Source of the DNA: Anaerolineae bacterium
GTDB taxonomy: Bacteria; Chloroflexota; Anaerolineae; B4-G1; DUEL01
Length of the DNA: 38,157 bases
Direction of reading: 5' to 3'
NCBI GenBank assembly: GCA_041082215.1
Contig: JBDOIF010000094.1
Span: 1-38,157 of the forward strand
The notes under the pieces were generated by a model, which had not been told where the DNA came from, made no database searches, and saw only the letters and a list, made by a program, of their open reading frames with translations. The first letter of the stretch is position 1. Every line of letters starts with the position of its first letter. The position numbers and the translations under genes are program-made. Positions 12,175 through 20,356 of this stretch are shown here, in pieces.

Positions 12175-12246
12175 CTACTGCAGGAAAGGCTTTCCAGCCT
12201 GTCCGGACAGCCGTCTCACACAGCAGGACAGGCTACAAATTTGTCG
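12175..12246. repeat. Degenerate pair of REP-like palindromes
   Basis: ctactgcaggaaaggctttccagcctgtcc ... gcaggacaggctacaaatttgtc, similar to the 23011 and 31671 copies. Confidence 0.55.
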
Positions 12247-12294
12247 TTTGTGCTATAATGAATAGGGGTTCCTGTGGAGGAGAAAAGGGGGCGG

Positions 12295-12729
12295 TTAAGG
12301 CCATTCGGCCAGGGAACGGACATCCAGGCCGGTGTCCGTCAGGCGGTGCACCAGGGCTTCGTCGGCTGTGACCACAGGGAGGGATAAGCGCTTGCCCAGA
12401 GCCACGTACACGGCGTCATAGACGGTGATGTCGTGGGCTACCGCCAGCTCCAGGGCGTTCTCGACCAGGTTTGCTGTGGAGGCGACGCGGAAGGGGAGGT
12501 GAAGGAGATCGGAAAGGTCCTGACAGGCAGCCTCGGCGGAGTAACGGAAGTGGCGAACGTACTTCCATAGGATGCTGGCGCACTCGACGAAGAGGAGATC
12601 AGGGACGTAGAAGCGGGCTGGAGGTGAACTGACGAGGCGGTCGAAAAGGGCATCGGCGCGTTCGGAGAGAGGCTCGACAAGGAAGAGCTTGATGGCCACG
12701 CTGGCATCAACGACGCAGTCGCAGATCAT
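12295..12729 (-). CDS. vapC: PIN-domain (VapC-type) toxin
   Basis: VVDASVAIK, E in 'LFVEC', TVYDAVYVAL, VVTAD acidic residues. Confidence 0.88.
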   Translation of the reverse strand: MICDCVVDASVAIKLFLVEPLSERADALFDRLVSSPPARFYVPDLLFVECASILWKYVRHFRYSAEAACQDLSDLLHLPFRVASTANLVENALELAVAHDITVYDAVYVALGKRLSLPVVTADEALVHRLTDTGLDVRSLAEWP

Positions 12730-12968
12730 CGCTGGCGGTCCTGGCGGAGGAGGGAGGTGGAATCAGGTGCGCTGGCGGTGGCGGGGTTGAAGGAGCGGCG
12801 GGAGCGAATGGCGACAAGGGTAACATGCGGGGAGCGTTCGGTTTCCTGGATGGCCCATTCGAGGAGGGAGATAACCTCAGCGGAGAGGGAGCGGCGTTGA
12901 GCTTTAGCCCGTTGCTTAAGGCGGTTATAGAGGTTTTCAGGGACGTTGCGGACATGCAGGATAGCCAT
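12726..12968 (-). CDS. Ribbon-helix-helix antitoxin (FitA-like)
   Basis: MAILHVRNVPENLYNRLKQRAKAQRRSLSAEV; GGAGGTG SD; ATGA overlap with the PIN gene. Start is 12968, not 13238. Confidence 0.85.
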   Translation of the reverse strand: MAILHVRNVPENLYNRLKQRAKAQRRSLSAEVISLLEWAIQETERSPHVTLVAIRSRRSFNPATASAPDSTSLLRQDRQR

Positions 12969-12988
12969 AGAAAACACCTCCAGAGAAA

Positions 12989-13019
12989 ATTGTATCACAG
13001 TTGGTTGCTTTGTGCAACC
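12989..13019 (-). promoter_or_regulatory. TA promoter (TTGCAC-N17-TACAAT) with a palindromic operator
   Basis: ggttgc-tttgt-gcaacc at 13003-13019 overlaps the -35 element. Confidence 0.7.
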
Positions 13020-13098
13020 TGAAAGGTGAAGAAAAGAACTCCGTGTCCTCCGCGTCTCTGTGGCGAAAACAGGATAACCGGGCAATAGCCCGCCGATT

Positions 13099-13155
13099 TG
13101 GCAACCGGCCTGTAACCTGGCTGTAACGTGCACGGGCCTGAAGTAGGATACAATC
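13099..13155 (+). promoter_or_regulatory. 11-bp-period direct repeats and -10 upstream of the orphan kinase
   Basis: tggcaac (13099), ctgtaac (13110), ctgtaac (13121), then TACAAT. Confidence 0.5.
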
Positions 13156-13242
13156 AAAGTGAGGTGGCCAGCAGCGTTCCGTTGTCTGTGGTGAACGATG
13201 AGGGGCGGGTGCGCGCAAAGTTGCTGCGCTCTTCTCAAAGGG

Positions 13243-15501
13243 ATGGATAAGATGCTCAGTCAGCACAAGCAGCACCCATGGTACCGACGGCTGGGGGGTC
13301 TCTTCACCAGCATCCGCAGCAAGATCATCGGGCCTTACCTGATCCTGACCATCATCGTCGCCGTCATCGGTACCTACGTGGTGACCAACCTTGTGGCCGG
13401 CTCCCTCGATGAGCGGCTGACGAACCACCTGCTGGAGGCCGGGCGGGTGGCTTCGGACAGCCTGGTGCGCTACGAGATGGACCATCTGGAGAAGGCAAGG
13501 ATCGTGGCCTTCACCCAGGGGATGGCAGAGGCCCTCCGGGATCGGGACCGGGATCGGGTTGCGGCCCTGGCCGACCCCGTGGCCGTGGGGCTTGGCCTGG
13601 AGAACCTCATCGTTGTGGACGTCAACGGGTATGAGGTGTTCCACAAGCTCCGACAACCGGATGGCTCCTTTGAGGACCTGAGCGGGCAGTTTGACGGGCG
13701 GGGGCTGTGGGTTGTCCAGGCGCTGCTGGCGGAGGGAGACCCCAGCGCGTTGCCCAGGCGGGCCATCGGACTTCATCCGGCAAGCGGCCGCTATTATTAC
13801 TTCACCGCTATCCCGATCGGTTTGGAAGAGGAAGTCGTGGGCGTCATCGTCATCGGCACTTCTCTGGATACCCTCCTCCCTTCGATCAAGAATTCCTCCC
13901 TGGCAGATGTCATCGTCTACCTGGAAGGGGGCCGCGCGATTGCCACCACCTTTGCGCTCCTCGAAGAACCGGAGGCCGCCGCAGGGCTTCTGGCCGATCT
14001 ATCCATCGCTCCAGAGGAGTACCAGCTTTCCCTCTACAGCGACCAGTTCACCACCGTCGAGAACCTCCGCATCCGGGGCCGCTGGTACCGCCTGGCGCGC
14101 GGCCCCCTGCGCGTTGGCAACGAGCGATTGGGCGTCTTCGCCGTCGCTCTCCCCTCCCAGTTCATCATCAGCGCCGGGGCAACCAGCCGCAACACCTATG
14201 CTCTCCTCTTCGCCGCCACCATGGCCTGTGTGATCATCATCGGCTACATCATCTCCCGACGCATCACCCGCCCCCTCGACCGCCTGGTCTATACCTCCCA
14301 GGCCGTGGCCGATGGGAACCTGAATCAGCGAACCGGCATCCAGAGCGCCGACGAGATCGGGATCCTGGCCGCCACCTTCGACGAGATGACCGAGCGGCTG
14401 AAAGAACGGACCCAGGAGCTGGAAGCGCTCCTCCAAACCCACAAAGAGGCGGCCAGCCGAATCCGGGCCATCCTCTCCAGCATCGGCGACGGGGTGATCC
14501 TGGAGGATGTTGAAGGAAATTTCATCTCCCTCAACAAGGCGGCCGAGGATATGCTGAAGGAGATGTCCGACAGCTTCCTGCAGGGGCCGCTCCGGGAGCT
14601 GCCGGTGGGGGAGCACGAACTGGCCTCCGACACCGAGACCAACCCCTGGCTTCTGGAGCACCGACGCTTCCAGGTCGGCGAAAAGATCGTCTCCGTCCAC
14701 TCCGCCGCCGTCCGCACCGACGATGGGGAGCGGCTGGGCACGGTGATCGTGATACGGGACGTGACGGCTGAGGCCGAGGCGGAGCAGCTAAAGGACGCCT
14801 TTATCGCCCACGTCTCCCACGAGCTGCGCACGCCGCTGACGGCGATCAAGGGGTATAGCAGCCTCCTGCTTGACACCGCCGGACCCTCGCTCGACGAAAC
14901 GCAGCGGAGTTTCCTGCAGGCCATCAGCCGTAACACTGAGAGCCTGGTGGCGATGATTGACTCCCTGCTGGATTTCTCCGAAATGGAAGCGAAAGGACGG
15001 CTGGGGCTGCAGCGACGGCCCCTCAGCCTTTCCGACCTCGTGGAGGAGGTCGCAGAGGAGTGGCGTGGGCCGATGGAGGAAAAAGGACTGGACTTCCGGA
15101 CGGAGATCCCCGCCGGGCTGCCGCTGGTGCGGGCAGACGCCCGACGGCTGCGCTGGGCGATCGTCAACCTGGTGCGCAACGCCTATCAGTACACCCCCGA
15201 GGGGGGCAGCGTCACGCTGCGGCTTTCGGCCCACGACGGCCGGGTGACGCTGGAGGTCGCGGATACCGGAGTGGGAATCCCACCGGACCAGCAGAAACGG
15301 CTCTTCCAGCGCTTCTACCGCGTGATGGTCCGTTCGGATGACGAGCTCCGGGGGCTGGGGCTGGGACTGTATGTGACCAAGGCGATCGTCGAGGCCCACG
15401 GCGGGGAGGTGCGCGTCGTCAGCAAGGTGGGGACGGGCAGCACGTTCAGCGTGACCCTGCCCGCACTGCCGGCCCGGGAGGGCGGGGAAGATGCAGCCTG
15501 A
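13243..15501 (+). CDS. Sensor histidine kinase (TM-extracytoplasmic sensor-TM-HAMP-PAS-HisKA-HATPase); start uncertain (13198/13243/13252)
   Basis: HAMP DEIGILAATFDEMT, PAS (ILSSIGDGVI...VIRDVT), VSHELRTPL, NAYQY, DTGVG, GLGLGL. Confidence 0.9.
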   Translation: MDKMLSQHKQHPWYRRLGGLFTSIRSKIIGPYLILTIIVAVIGTYVVTNLVAGSLDERLTNHLLEAGRVASDSLVRYEMDHLEKARIVAFTQGMAEALRDRDRDRVAALADPVAVGLGLENLIVVDVNGYEVFHKLRQPDGSFEDLSGQFDGRGLWVVQALLAEGDPSALPRRAIGLHPASGRYYYFTAIPIGLEEEVVGVIVIGTSLDTLLPSIKNSSLADVIVYLEGGRAIATTFALLEEPEAAAGLLADLSIAPEEYQLSLYSDQFTTVENLRIRGRWYRLARGPLRVGNERLGVFAVALPSQFIISAGATSRNTYALLFAATMACVIIIGYIISRRITRPLDRLVYTSQAVADGNLNQRTGIQSADEIGILAATFDEMTERLKERTQELEALLQTHKEAASRIRAILSSIGDGVILEDVEGNFISLNKAAEDMLKEMSDSFLQGPLRELPVGEHELASDTETNPWLLEHRRFQVGEKIVSVHSAAVRTDDGERLGTVIVIRDVTAEAEAEQLKDAFIAHVSHELRTPLTAIKGYSSLLLDTAGPSLDETQRSFLQAISRNTESLVAMIDSLLDFSEMEAKGRLGLQRRPLSLSDLVEEVAEEWRGPMEEKGLDFRTEIPAGLPLVRADARRLRWAIVNLVRNAYQYTPEGGSVTLRLSAHDGRVTLEVADTGVGIPPDQQKRLFQRFYRVMVRSDDELRGLGLGLYVTKAIVEAHGGEVRVVSKVGTGSTFSVTLPALPAREGGEDAA

Positions 15502-17158
15502 AGCATTCCGGCAGGGGTCGGGGGGGGAAGGAGGACTGCCGAACCGCCGCCGGAGAAGAGGGGGCGGAGAGCTTCTGCTCCTCCTGGTCATCCCCACGCT
15601 GGGTATCGTCTGCCTGCTGCTGGCAGCCCAGCTGGCCGTGATGCCCGCCCGCGTCTGGCAGGCCCCGGCCAGCATACTCTCCGAGATGGACCCCGACCGG
15701 AATTATGGGACCAGCGAGGTCTATCTCGAGCCGCTCCGGCCGGAGATCATGACCCCCCAGCCGTGGGATCCCATCCTTATCCTGACCCCCGGCGGGGAGG
15801 TGGACATCATCCCCCCGCTCGTCTTCGTCCCGGTCCCCACCGCCACCCCCCTGCCGGTCGCCGGGGTGACGGCCACGCCCACTCCCCGTCCCACCTTCCC
15901 CGCCCCATCGCCCACTCCCCTCCCCACCTCCACCCCTGTCCCGCCCACCCCCACCCCCCGGCCCCCGACGGCCACTCCCACCTATCCACCCACCCCAACA
16001 CCGACGCCGACGTTCACGCCGCTCCCTCCGACCCCCACTCCCATCCCGCCCACCCCTACCCCCCGCCCGCCGACGCCGACGTTTACCCCTACGCCGGCCG
16101 GGCCCCGTGTCTTCTCCATCGTCCCTAACATCCACGTCAACACCACAACGGTGGACGTGACCATCACCGGGGAGAATTTCCAGTTCGGCTGCGCGGTCGC
16201 CCTGGGTTCGGTCCCCCTGACCGTTATCAACTGCCTCGCCACCACCATTACGGCCCGGGTGCCGGCGGACCTGCCGGTGGGCAGTTTCCCGGCGGGGGTC
16301 TATGACCTCACTGTCACCAATCCGGATGGTCGGTCCGGGCTGCTGACCGGCGCCTACACGGCGACCAACCCGATCCCCGTCATCAGCCGGGTGTACCCCG
16401 CTATTGCGCCCGAGGGGGCGGTCCAGGCCATCACCATCACCGGCAGTTTTTTCCGCAGCACGGGCGCTCCGCCCGCGCTGAGGGCCTGGCTGTGGGACGG
16501 GACGCCGATGTCGCTGAGCGACCTCGCCTTCGTCAGTGAGAGCACGCTGACGGCCACGGTTCCCTACACGATGCCTTTGGGCGGCTATACCCTTTATGTG
16601 GCCAACCCCGGCCCCACCGATCCCACCGGCTCTCTGCAAAACGCCTTCTCCGTCTACGCCTTGCCGGTCGGGGTTACCTGTACCCCTCCGATCCCAGCCG
16701 ACCTTTGCCAGAGAGTCTCAGGGGAGCCTGATGGCAACGTGCTCGAGTTCAGCGATGGCGAGGTGATTGTTGACTTCGGCGCCGGGGGAATCACCGACGG
16801 CCCGGGCTACGACCTGGTGTTCTACGAGTACTATAATTACCCGGGCATCCATATGGACTTCATACGGGTCGAGGTTTCTCCAGACGGCACGGGCTGGTAC
16901 GCGATATTTGAGTGGGATGGGGTTCCTGGAGGTGTGAATGGGACCAACATTGATGACTTTGCGGGTGATGGAGAGGTGGAAAACGAGGAGATAAACGAGG
17001 CGAATCTCTATCCAAGCGACTTACCGCACAACACCGGCATTGCCATTGATCTCAGCGCCTGGGGGCTGAGCGGCCCCTTCCAGTACGTGCGGTTTACCGA
17101 CCCTGACCCCGGAGGGGCTGAGCCGAGCCAGATCGACGCTGTGCTGCGGCTGCACTGA
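15491..17158 (+). CDS. Membrane-anchored surface protein: TM, Pro/Thr-rich stalk, two IPT/TIG-like domains, acidic C-terminal beta domain
   Basis: Hydrophobic LLLLVIPTLGIVCLLLAA; PTPT repeats; VTITGENF...YDLTVTNPDG and ITITGSFF...YTLYVANPG; C-terminal TDGPGYDLVFYE...IDAV. Confidence 0.75.
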   Translation: MQPEAFRQGSGGEGGLPNRRRRRGGGELLLLLVIPTLGIVCLLLAAQLAVMPARVWQAPASILSEMDPDRNYGTSEVYLEPLRPEIMTPQPWDPILILTPGGEVDIIPPLVFVPVPTATPLPVAGVTATPTPRPTFPAPSPTPLPTSTPVPPTPTPRPPTATPTYPPTPTPTPTFTPLPPTPTPIPPTPTPRPPTPTFTPTPAGPRVFSIVPNIHVNTTTVDVTITGENFQFGCAVALGSVPLTVINCLATTITARVPADLPVGSFPAGVYDLTVTNPDGRSGLLTGAYTATNPIPVISRVYPAIAPEGAVQAITITGSFFRSTGAPPALRAWLWDGTPMSLSDLAFVSESTLTATVPYTMPLGGYTLYVANPGPTDPTGSLQNAFSVYALPVGVTCTPPIPADLCQRVSGEPDGNVLEFSDGEVIVDFGAGGITDGPGYDLVFYEYYNYPGIHMDFIRVEVSPDGTGWYAIFEWDGVPGGVNGTNIDDFAGDGEVENEEINEANLYPSDLPHNTGIAIDLSAWGLSGPFQYVRFTDPDPGGAEPSQIDAVLRLH

Positions 17159-17160
17159 TG

Positions 17161-17208
17161 GCCCTCACCCCTCCCCCTGCCGGAGGGGGTAGGGGTTGGG
17201 GTGAGGGC
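17161..17208. repeat. CCCTCACCC...GGGTGAGGG palindromic element between convergent genes
   Basis: gccctcacccc...ggggtgagggc 11-bp arms with an inner ccccct/aggggg stem. Confidence 0.75.
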
Positions 17209-17287
17209 TTCTTAAAGCCTGCGTGAAGATGCACACGGACGATCCCGTCCGTGTGTATCTGGTTTACCCTGAAGGCCCCCCGTGGGT

Positions 17288-17791
17288 TTAGAACTTGCGG
17301 AAGGCCTCCCGCTTGGCCCCGCAGATCGGGCACCGGTCCGGCGGCTCCCCCTCCACGGTCCAGCCGCACGCCTCGCAGATGTACACATCCCCCACTTCGG
17401 CGTCCTTGCCAGCAAGGACCGCCTGGCGGGCCTGTTCGTACATCCCGGCGTGGACCTTTTCGGCTTCCAGCGCCCAGGTCATCGTGCGGACGGCCTTGTC
17501 CTCCTCCTGCAGGTTCGCCACTGCGCGGAAGGAGGGGTACATCTCGTCCACCTCATAGGTCTCCCCGTCAATGCCCGCCTGCAGGTTCTCCGCCGTCTGG
17601 CCGATCTTGCCCAGGGTGCGCAGGTGGTTGGTGGCGTGGACCTGCTCGGCGAAGGCGATGGCGCGGAAGAGGCGGGCGATGTTGGGGAAACCCTCCTGTT
17701 CTGCCCGGTCGGCGAAGATCAGGTACTTCATATGGGCCTGGCTCTCGCCAGCAAAGGCCGCTTCCAGATTGGCTTTTGTCATCTTGTGCAT
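17288..17791 (-). CDS. rbr: Rubrerythrin
   Basis: AFAGESQA, EQVHA, GETYE, EKVH di-iron motifs plus C-terminal rubredoxin CEACG...CPICG. Confidence 0.93.
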   Translation of the reverse strand: MHKMTKANLEAAFAGESQAHMKYLIFADRAEQEGFPNIARLFRAIAFAEQVHATNHLRTLGKIGQTAENLQAGIDGETYEVDEMYPSFRAVANLQEEDKAVRTMTWALEAEKVHAGMYEQARQAVLAGKDAEVGDVYICEACGWTVEGEPPDRCPICGAKREAFRKF

Positions 17792-17825
17792 AGTTGACCT
17801 CCTTTTAAAGAGAGCCGACCACGGA

Positions 17826-17940
17826 TCGGGCGACCGCAGCTCGGGCGACCGCAGGTCGGGCGACCGCAGGTCGGGCGGCCGCAGGTCGGGCGACCGCAGG
17901 TCGGGCGACCGCAGCTCGGGCGACCGCAGGTCGCCCTTAC
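17826..17940. repeat. 15-bp tandem array x7 ending in a REP-like palindrome
   Basis: (tcgggcgaccgcag[g/c])x7 at 17826-17930 with one a>g variant, then tcgcccttac. Confidence 0.92.
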
Positions 17941-18329
17941 CCGGTCTTGATCTCCTGGCTGTTTTCCCACAGGCCGTGGATGTTGCAGTAGGAAAGCGCG
18001 ATCAGCGTGCCGGGCCCCTCCACCTGCATCGAAAGGGCGGCAACCGGGTGAGTATAGACTGGCCCCTGATTGGCCCCCTTCACCGATTCGCCGTGGGCTG
18101 TGAAGTCGAAGTGACCCACCTGGTAGATGAACTTGTCCCCTTCCGGCTGGAAATAGACATCAATCCAGCGGATGTGGTGCTCGGTGGTGTTGGGGTGGGG
18201 GATCTCCTTGCCCACACTCACCGTCACCAGGAAGGGCTTGCCCGCCTCCACCTTCTCCGGCGCCTCGATGACCGGCACGTGCTTTTCCGCCTTCCAATCT
18301 GCCGACTGAACTCTCTCACCGATCTTCAT
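17937..18329 (-). CDS. sor: Superoxide reductase, single-iron (neelaredoxin/class II SORL)
   Basis: EKHVP, HPNTTEHHIRWI, CNIHGLW; no desulforedoxin domain. Confidence 0.92.
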   Translation of the reverse strand: MKIGERVQSADWKAEKHVPVIEAPEKVEAGKPFLVTVSVGKEIPHPNTTEHHIRWIDVYFQPEGDKFIYQVGHFDFTAHGESVKGANQGPVYTHPVAALSMQVEGPGTLIALSYCNIHGLWENSQEIKTG

Positions 18330-18333
18330 CTAT

Positions 18334-18382
18334 CGCCTCCTGCATCCTGCACTTTGTATCCTGCAACGCGTCAACCGTTATC
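18334..18382. repeat. Degenerate heptamer array
   Basis: cgcctcc tgcatcc tgcactt tgtatcc tgcaacg cgtcaac cgttatc. Confidence 0.55.
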
Positions 18383-18384
18383 CG

Positions 18385-18885
18385 TCAGGCTCCTCGCTTC
18401 TTCATCAGGCTGATGTCCTCCACCAGCGCCTCCAGGTCCTCCTCGTGTTCGACCTCGTCGGCCATAATCTGGACGGCCAGGTTGTAGGTGATGGGGTCTG
18501 CGTCTTTGGTGGCCTCCGCCATCTGCCGGTAGACCTCGATGGCGCACTGCTCGCCCCGGATGTTCTGCTCCAGCAGGGTCTCGACGTAGGGGTCCTCCGG
18601 CGGCTCGTAGCCGCAGTTGCTCATCTCATACCAGGCTTTGGGGCTCAGGGGAGGCGTGCCTCCGAGCTGGATGATGCGCAGGGAGAGCAGTTCGGCGTGC
18701 CCCAGTTCCTCGGTGGCGTGCTGCAGGAGCTCCGCTGCCACCGCCTCTCGCATCGGCCCCTTGGCCAGTTTGGCCCCGAGCCAGTACTGGTAGTAGGCCA
18801 GCCATTCGTCGGCGAAGGCCTTGTTCAACATCTCCAGCAGTTTGTCCACGTTGATGCCGATGATGGATTGTGCTTTCGTGCCCAT
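18385..18885 (-). CDS. Ferritin-like DPS-like (DPSL/thioferritin-type) protein
   Basis: ADEWLAYYQY, EELGHA, GEQCAI, DEVEHEED di-metal ligands and two Cys (NCGY, EQCA). Confidence 0.85.
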   Translation of the reverse strand: MGTKAQSIIGINVDKLLEMLNKAFADEWLAYYQYWLGAKLAKGPMREAVAAELLQHATEELGHAELLSLRIIQLGGTPPLSPKAWYEMSNCGYEPPEDPYVETLLEQNIRGEQCAIEVYRQMAEATKDADPITYNLAVQIMADEVEHEEDLEALVEDISLMKKRGA

Positions 18886-18943
18886 AGAATACCTCCTTAA
18901 AATTCTGCGGTTTGGTGATAACTGTCCATTTTATGGCAAAGCG

Positions 18944-19645
18944 TCAGGGTTTCCACACTTTCCAGACGTTGCCCACCAGATCCGGCCCTGGCTTCAGAGT
19001 CGGCTGCCCGGGGGTCCAGCCGGATGGGGTGGCCTCCGCCCCTTTTGCGGCGCGGACGTGCTGATAGGCCTGTATCTGGCGGATCAGCTCGTCGGGGTTG
19101 CGGCCTACTGGCGGGGTGAGGACCTCCATCGCCTGGATCACCCCATCGGGGTCAATGAGAAAGCGGCCGCGGATGTCCACCCCTGCTTCCTCATCATACA
19201 CCCCGTAGACAGTGCCGATCCGCCCGCCCTGATCGGAGAGCATCGGGAAGGGGATGCCCCCTTCGACCATTTTTGAAAGCTCTGTCTCGTTCCAGATCTT
19301 ATGGGTGAAGCGGCTATCGGTGCTGATGGAAAGGACCTCCACCCCCAGCTCCTTGAACTGTCCGTACCGGGCGGCAACTGCTGCCAGCTCGGTCGGTCAG
19401 ACAAAGGTGAAGTCGCCCGGGTAGAAGCAGAGGACAACCCATTTCCCCCGATAATCGGAGAGCTTCACATTTTTGAACCCCTTGCCGGGGATATACGCTG
19501 TGGCCTCGAAGTCAGGAGCCTCTTTACCCACACGTGCTACGGTCATCTCAGCCCTCCTTTCTGGTGGTCTCTCCTCCCCTGGTGGGGGTGGAGGCGGGAT
19601 CAAAGGACCCGCCGCAGGTTTTACACAGGAATCTACCTCTGGCAT
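18944..19645 (-). CDS. prxU: Selenocysteine-containing peroxiredoxin (PrxU-like, AhpC/Prx1 fold), 233 aa with in-frame UGA at 19397-19399
   Basis: The track ORFs 19397..19678 and 18944..19342 are in the same frame. Reading through gives [17 protein letters not shown], with UGA at the peroxidatic Cys position of FYPxDFTFVCPTE. AGGAGG SD precedes ATG 19645. Confidence 0.92.
19362..19396 (-). promoter_or_regulatory. Bacterial SECIS-like hairpin
   Basis: Directly after UGA: CCG ACCG-A-GC-U-GGCA [GCAGU] UGCC-GC-C-CGGU A CGG, with a bulged U and a G-first apical loop 16 nt downstream of the UGA. Confidence 0.7.
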
Positions 19646-19690
19646 GTCAACGTTCCTCCTTTCGCACTGACAGATCACCTCGCACTGCGT

Positions 19691-20128
19691 CTACTTTTTT
19701 GCCTCCAAACAGCGGGAGCAAAGGCCGTAGACACTCACCTCGTACCAGAGCGGATGGAAACCGTACCCGGCCAGTGCCTCCTCTGGCAGCGTGACCATCA
19801 TTTCGGGGGGCAGGTCAATGACGGCCTGACATCGCACACAGACCAGATGGGGGTGCGGGGGGAGGTTGCGGTCGTAGCGGCTGATGCCGTCCACCGTCAG
19901 CTCCCTGGTCGCACCCAGCTCCTTCAGCACGTGCAACGTCTTGTACACCGTGGCAAGGCTGAGCATAGGAAAATCGGCCGAGACCTGCCGGTAGATCTCC
20001 TCTGCGGTGGGGTGGGTGGGGCTTTCCAGGATTGCCCGGAGGATGGCCATCCTCTGCGGCGTCATCCGATGCCCACGGGCCCGCAGCCGGTCCGAAATGG
20101 TCGTAAGGTATTCTGATAAGTTCTCCAC
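19691..20128 (-). CDS. perR: Fur-family regulator, PerR-like
   Basis: RMTPQR, HPTAEEIY, SLATVYKTL, HPHLVCVRC and CSRC Zn site; heads a peroxide-defence operon. GTG 20128 follows an AAAGGA SD; TTG 20158 is too close to the -10. Confidence 0.8.
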   Translation of the reverse strand: MENLSEYLTTISDRLRARGHRMTPQRMAILRAILESPTHPTAEEIYRQVSADFPMLSLATVYKTLHVLKELGATRELTVDGISRYDRNLPPHPHLVCVRCQAVIDLPPEMMVTLPEEALAGYGFHPLWYEVSVYGLCSRCLEAKK

Positions 20129-20138
20129 CCTGTTTCCT

Positions 20139-20191
20139 TTTGGAGAATTGTTCTTCAAAGATAATTATACCATATTTGTTTTGATTGTCAA
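20139..20191 (-). promoter_or_regulatory. Consensus sigma70 promoter (TTGACA-N16-TATAAT) with a Fur/Per-like inverted repeat over the start site
   Basis: tgtcaa at 20186-91, attata at 20164-69; tttggagaa-ttg-ttcttcaaa at 20139-20159. Confidence 0.75.
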
Positions 20192-20240
20192 GATGGCTGC
20201 CTGAAGTTCGGACGTGAATTCGGACAGGGCAGGAGAGATG

Positions 20241-20278
20241 ACCTCACCCGGGAGGGGGTTAGGGGGTGGGGGTGAGGT
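20241..20278. repeat. CCTCACCC...GGGTGAGG element
   Basis: acctcaccc...gggtgaggt arms. Confidence 0.65.
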
Positions 20279-20356
20279 GAGAAGCGGCCGATGGCGGCTT
20301 GTCTCTTCCCCCAGGTGCGTTATACTAGAGATAACCGCTTCTCAAGGAGCAATCAG

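Noticed and set aside
15830..16100. C-rich repetitive DNA here and at 22170-22295
   Set aside because: Explained by Pro/Thr linker codons.
17826..17930. CRISPR array
   Set aside because: Contiguous 15-bp units without spacers and no cas genes.
17779..17970. 63-aa ORF with (CGRPT)n repeats as a Cys-rich RiPP or metallothionein
   Set aside because: It is the translation of the 15-bp DNA array, overlaps both neighbours and has no convincing SD.
18944..19678. Peroxiredoxin pseudogene or two separate genes
   Set aside because: The only interruption is a UGA exactly at the catalytic Cys codon, followed by a SECIS-like hairpin.
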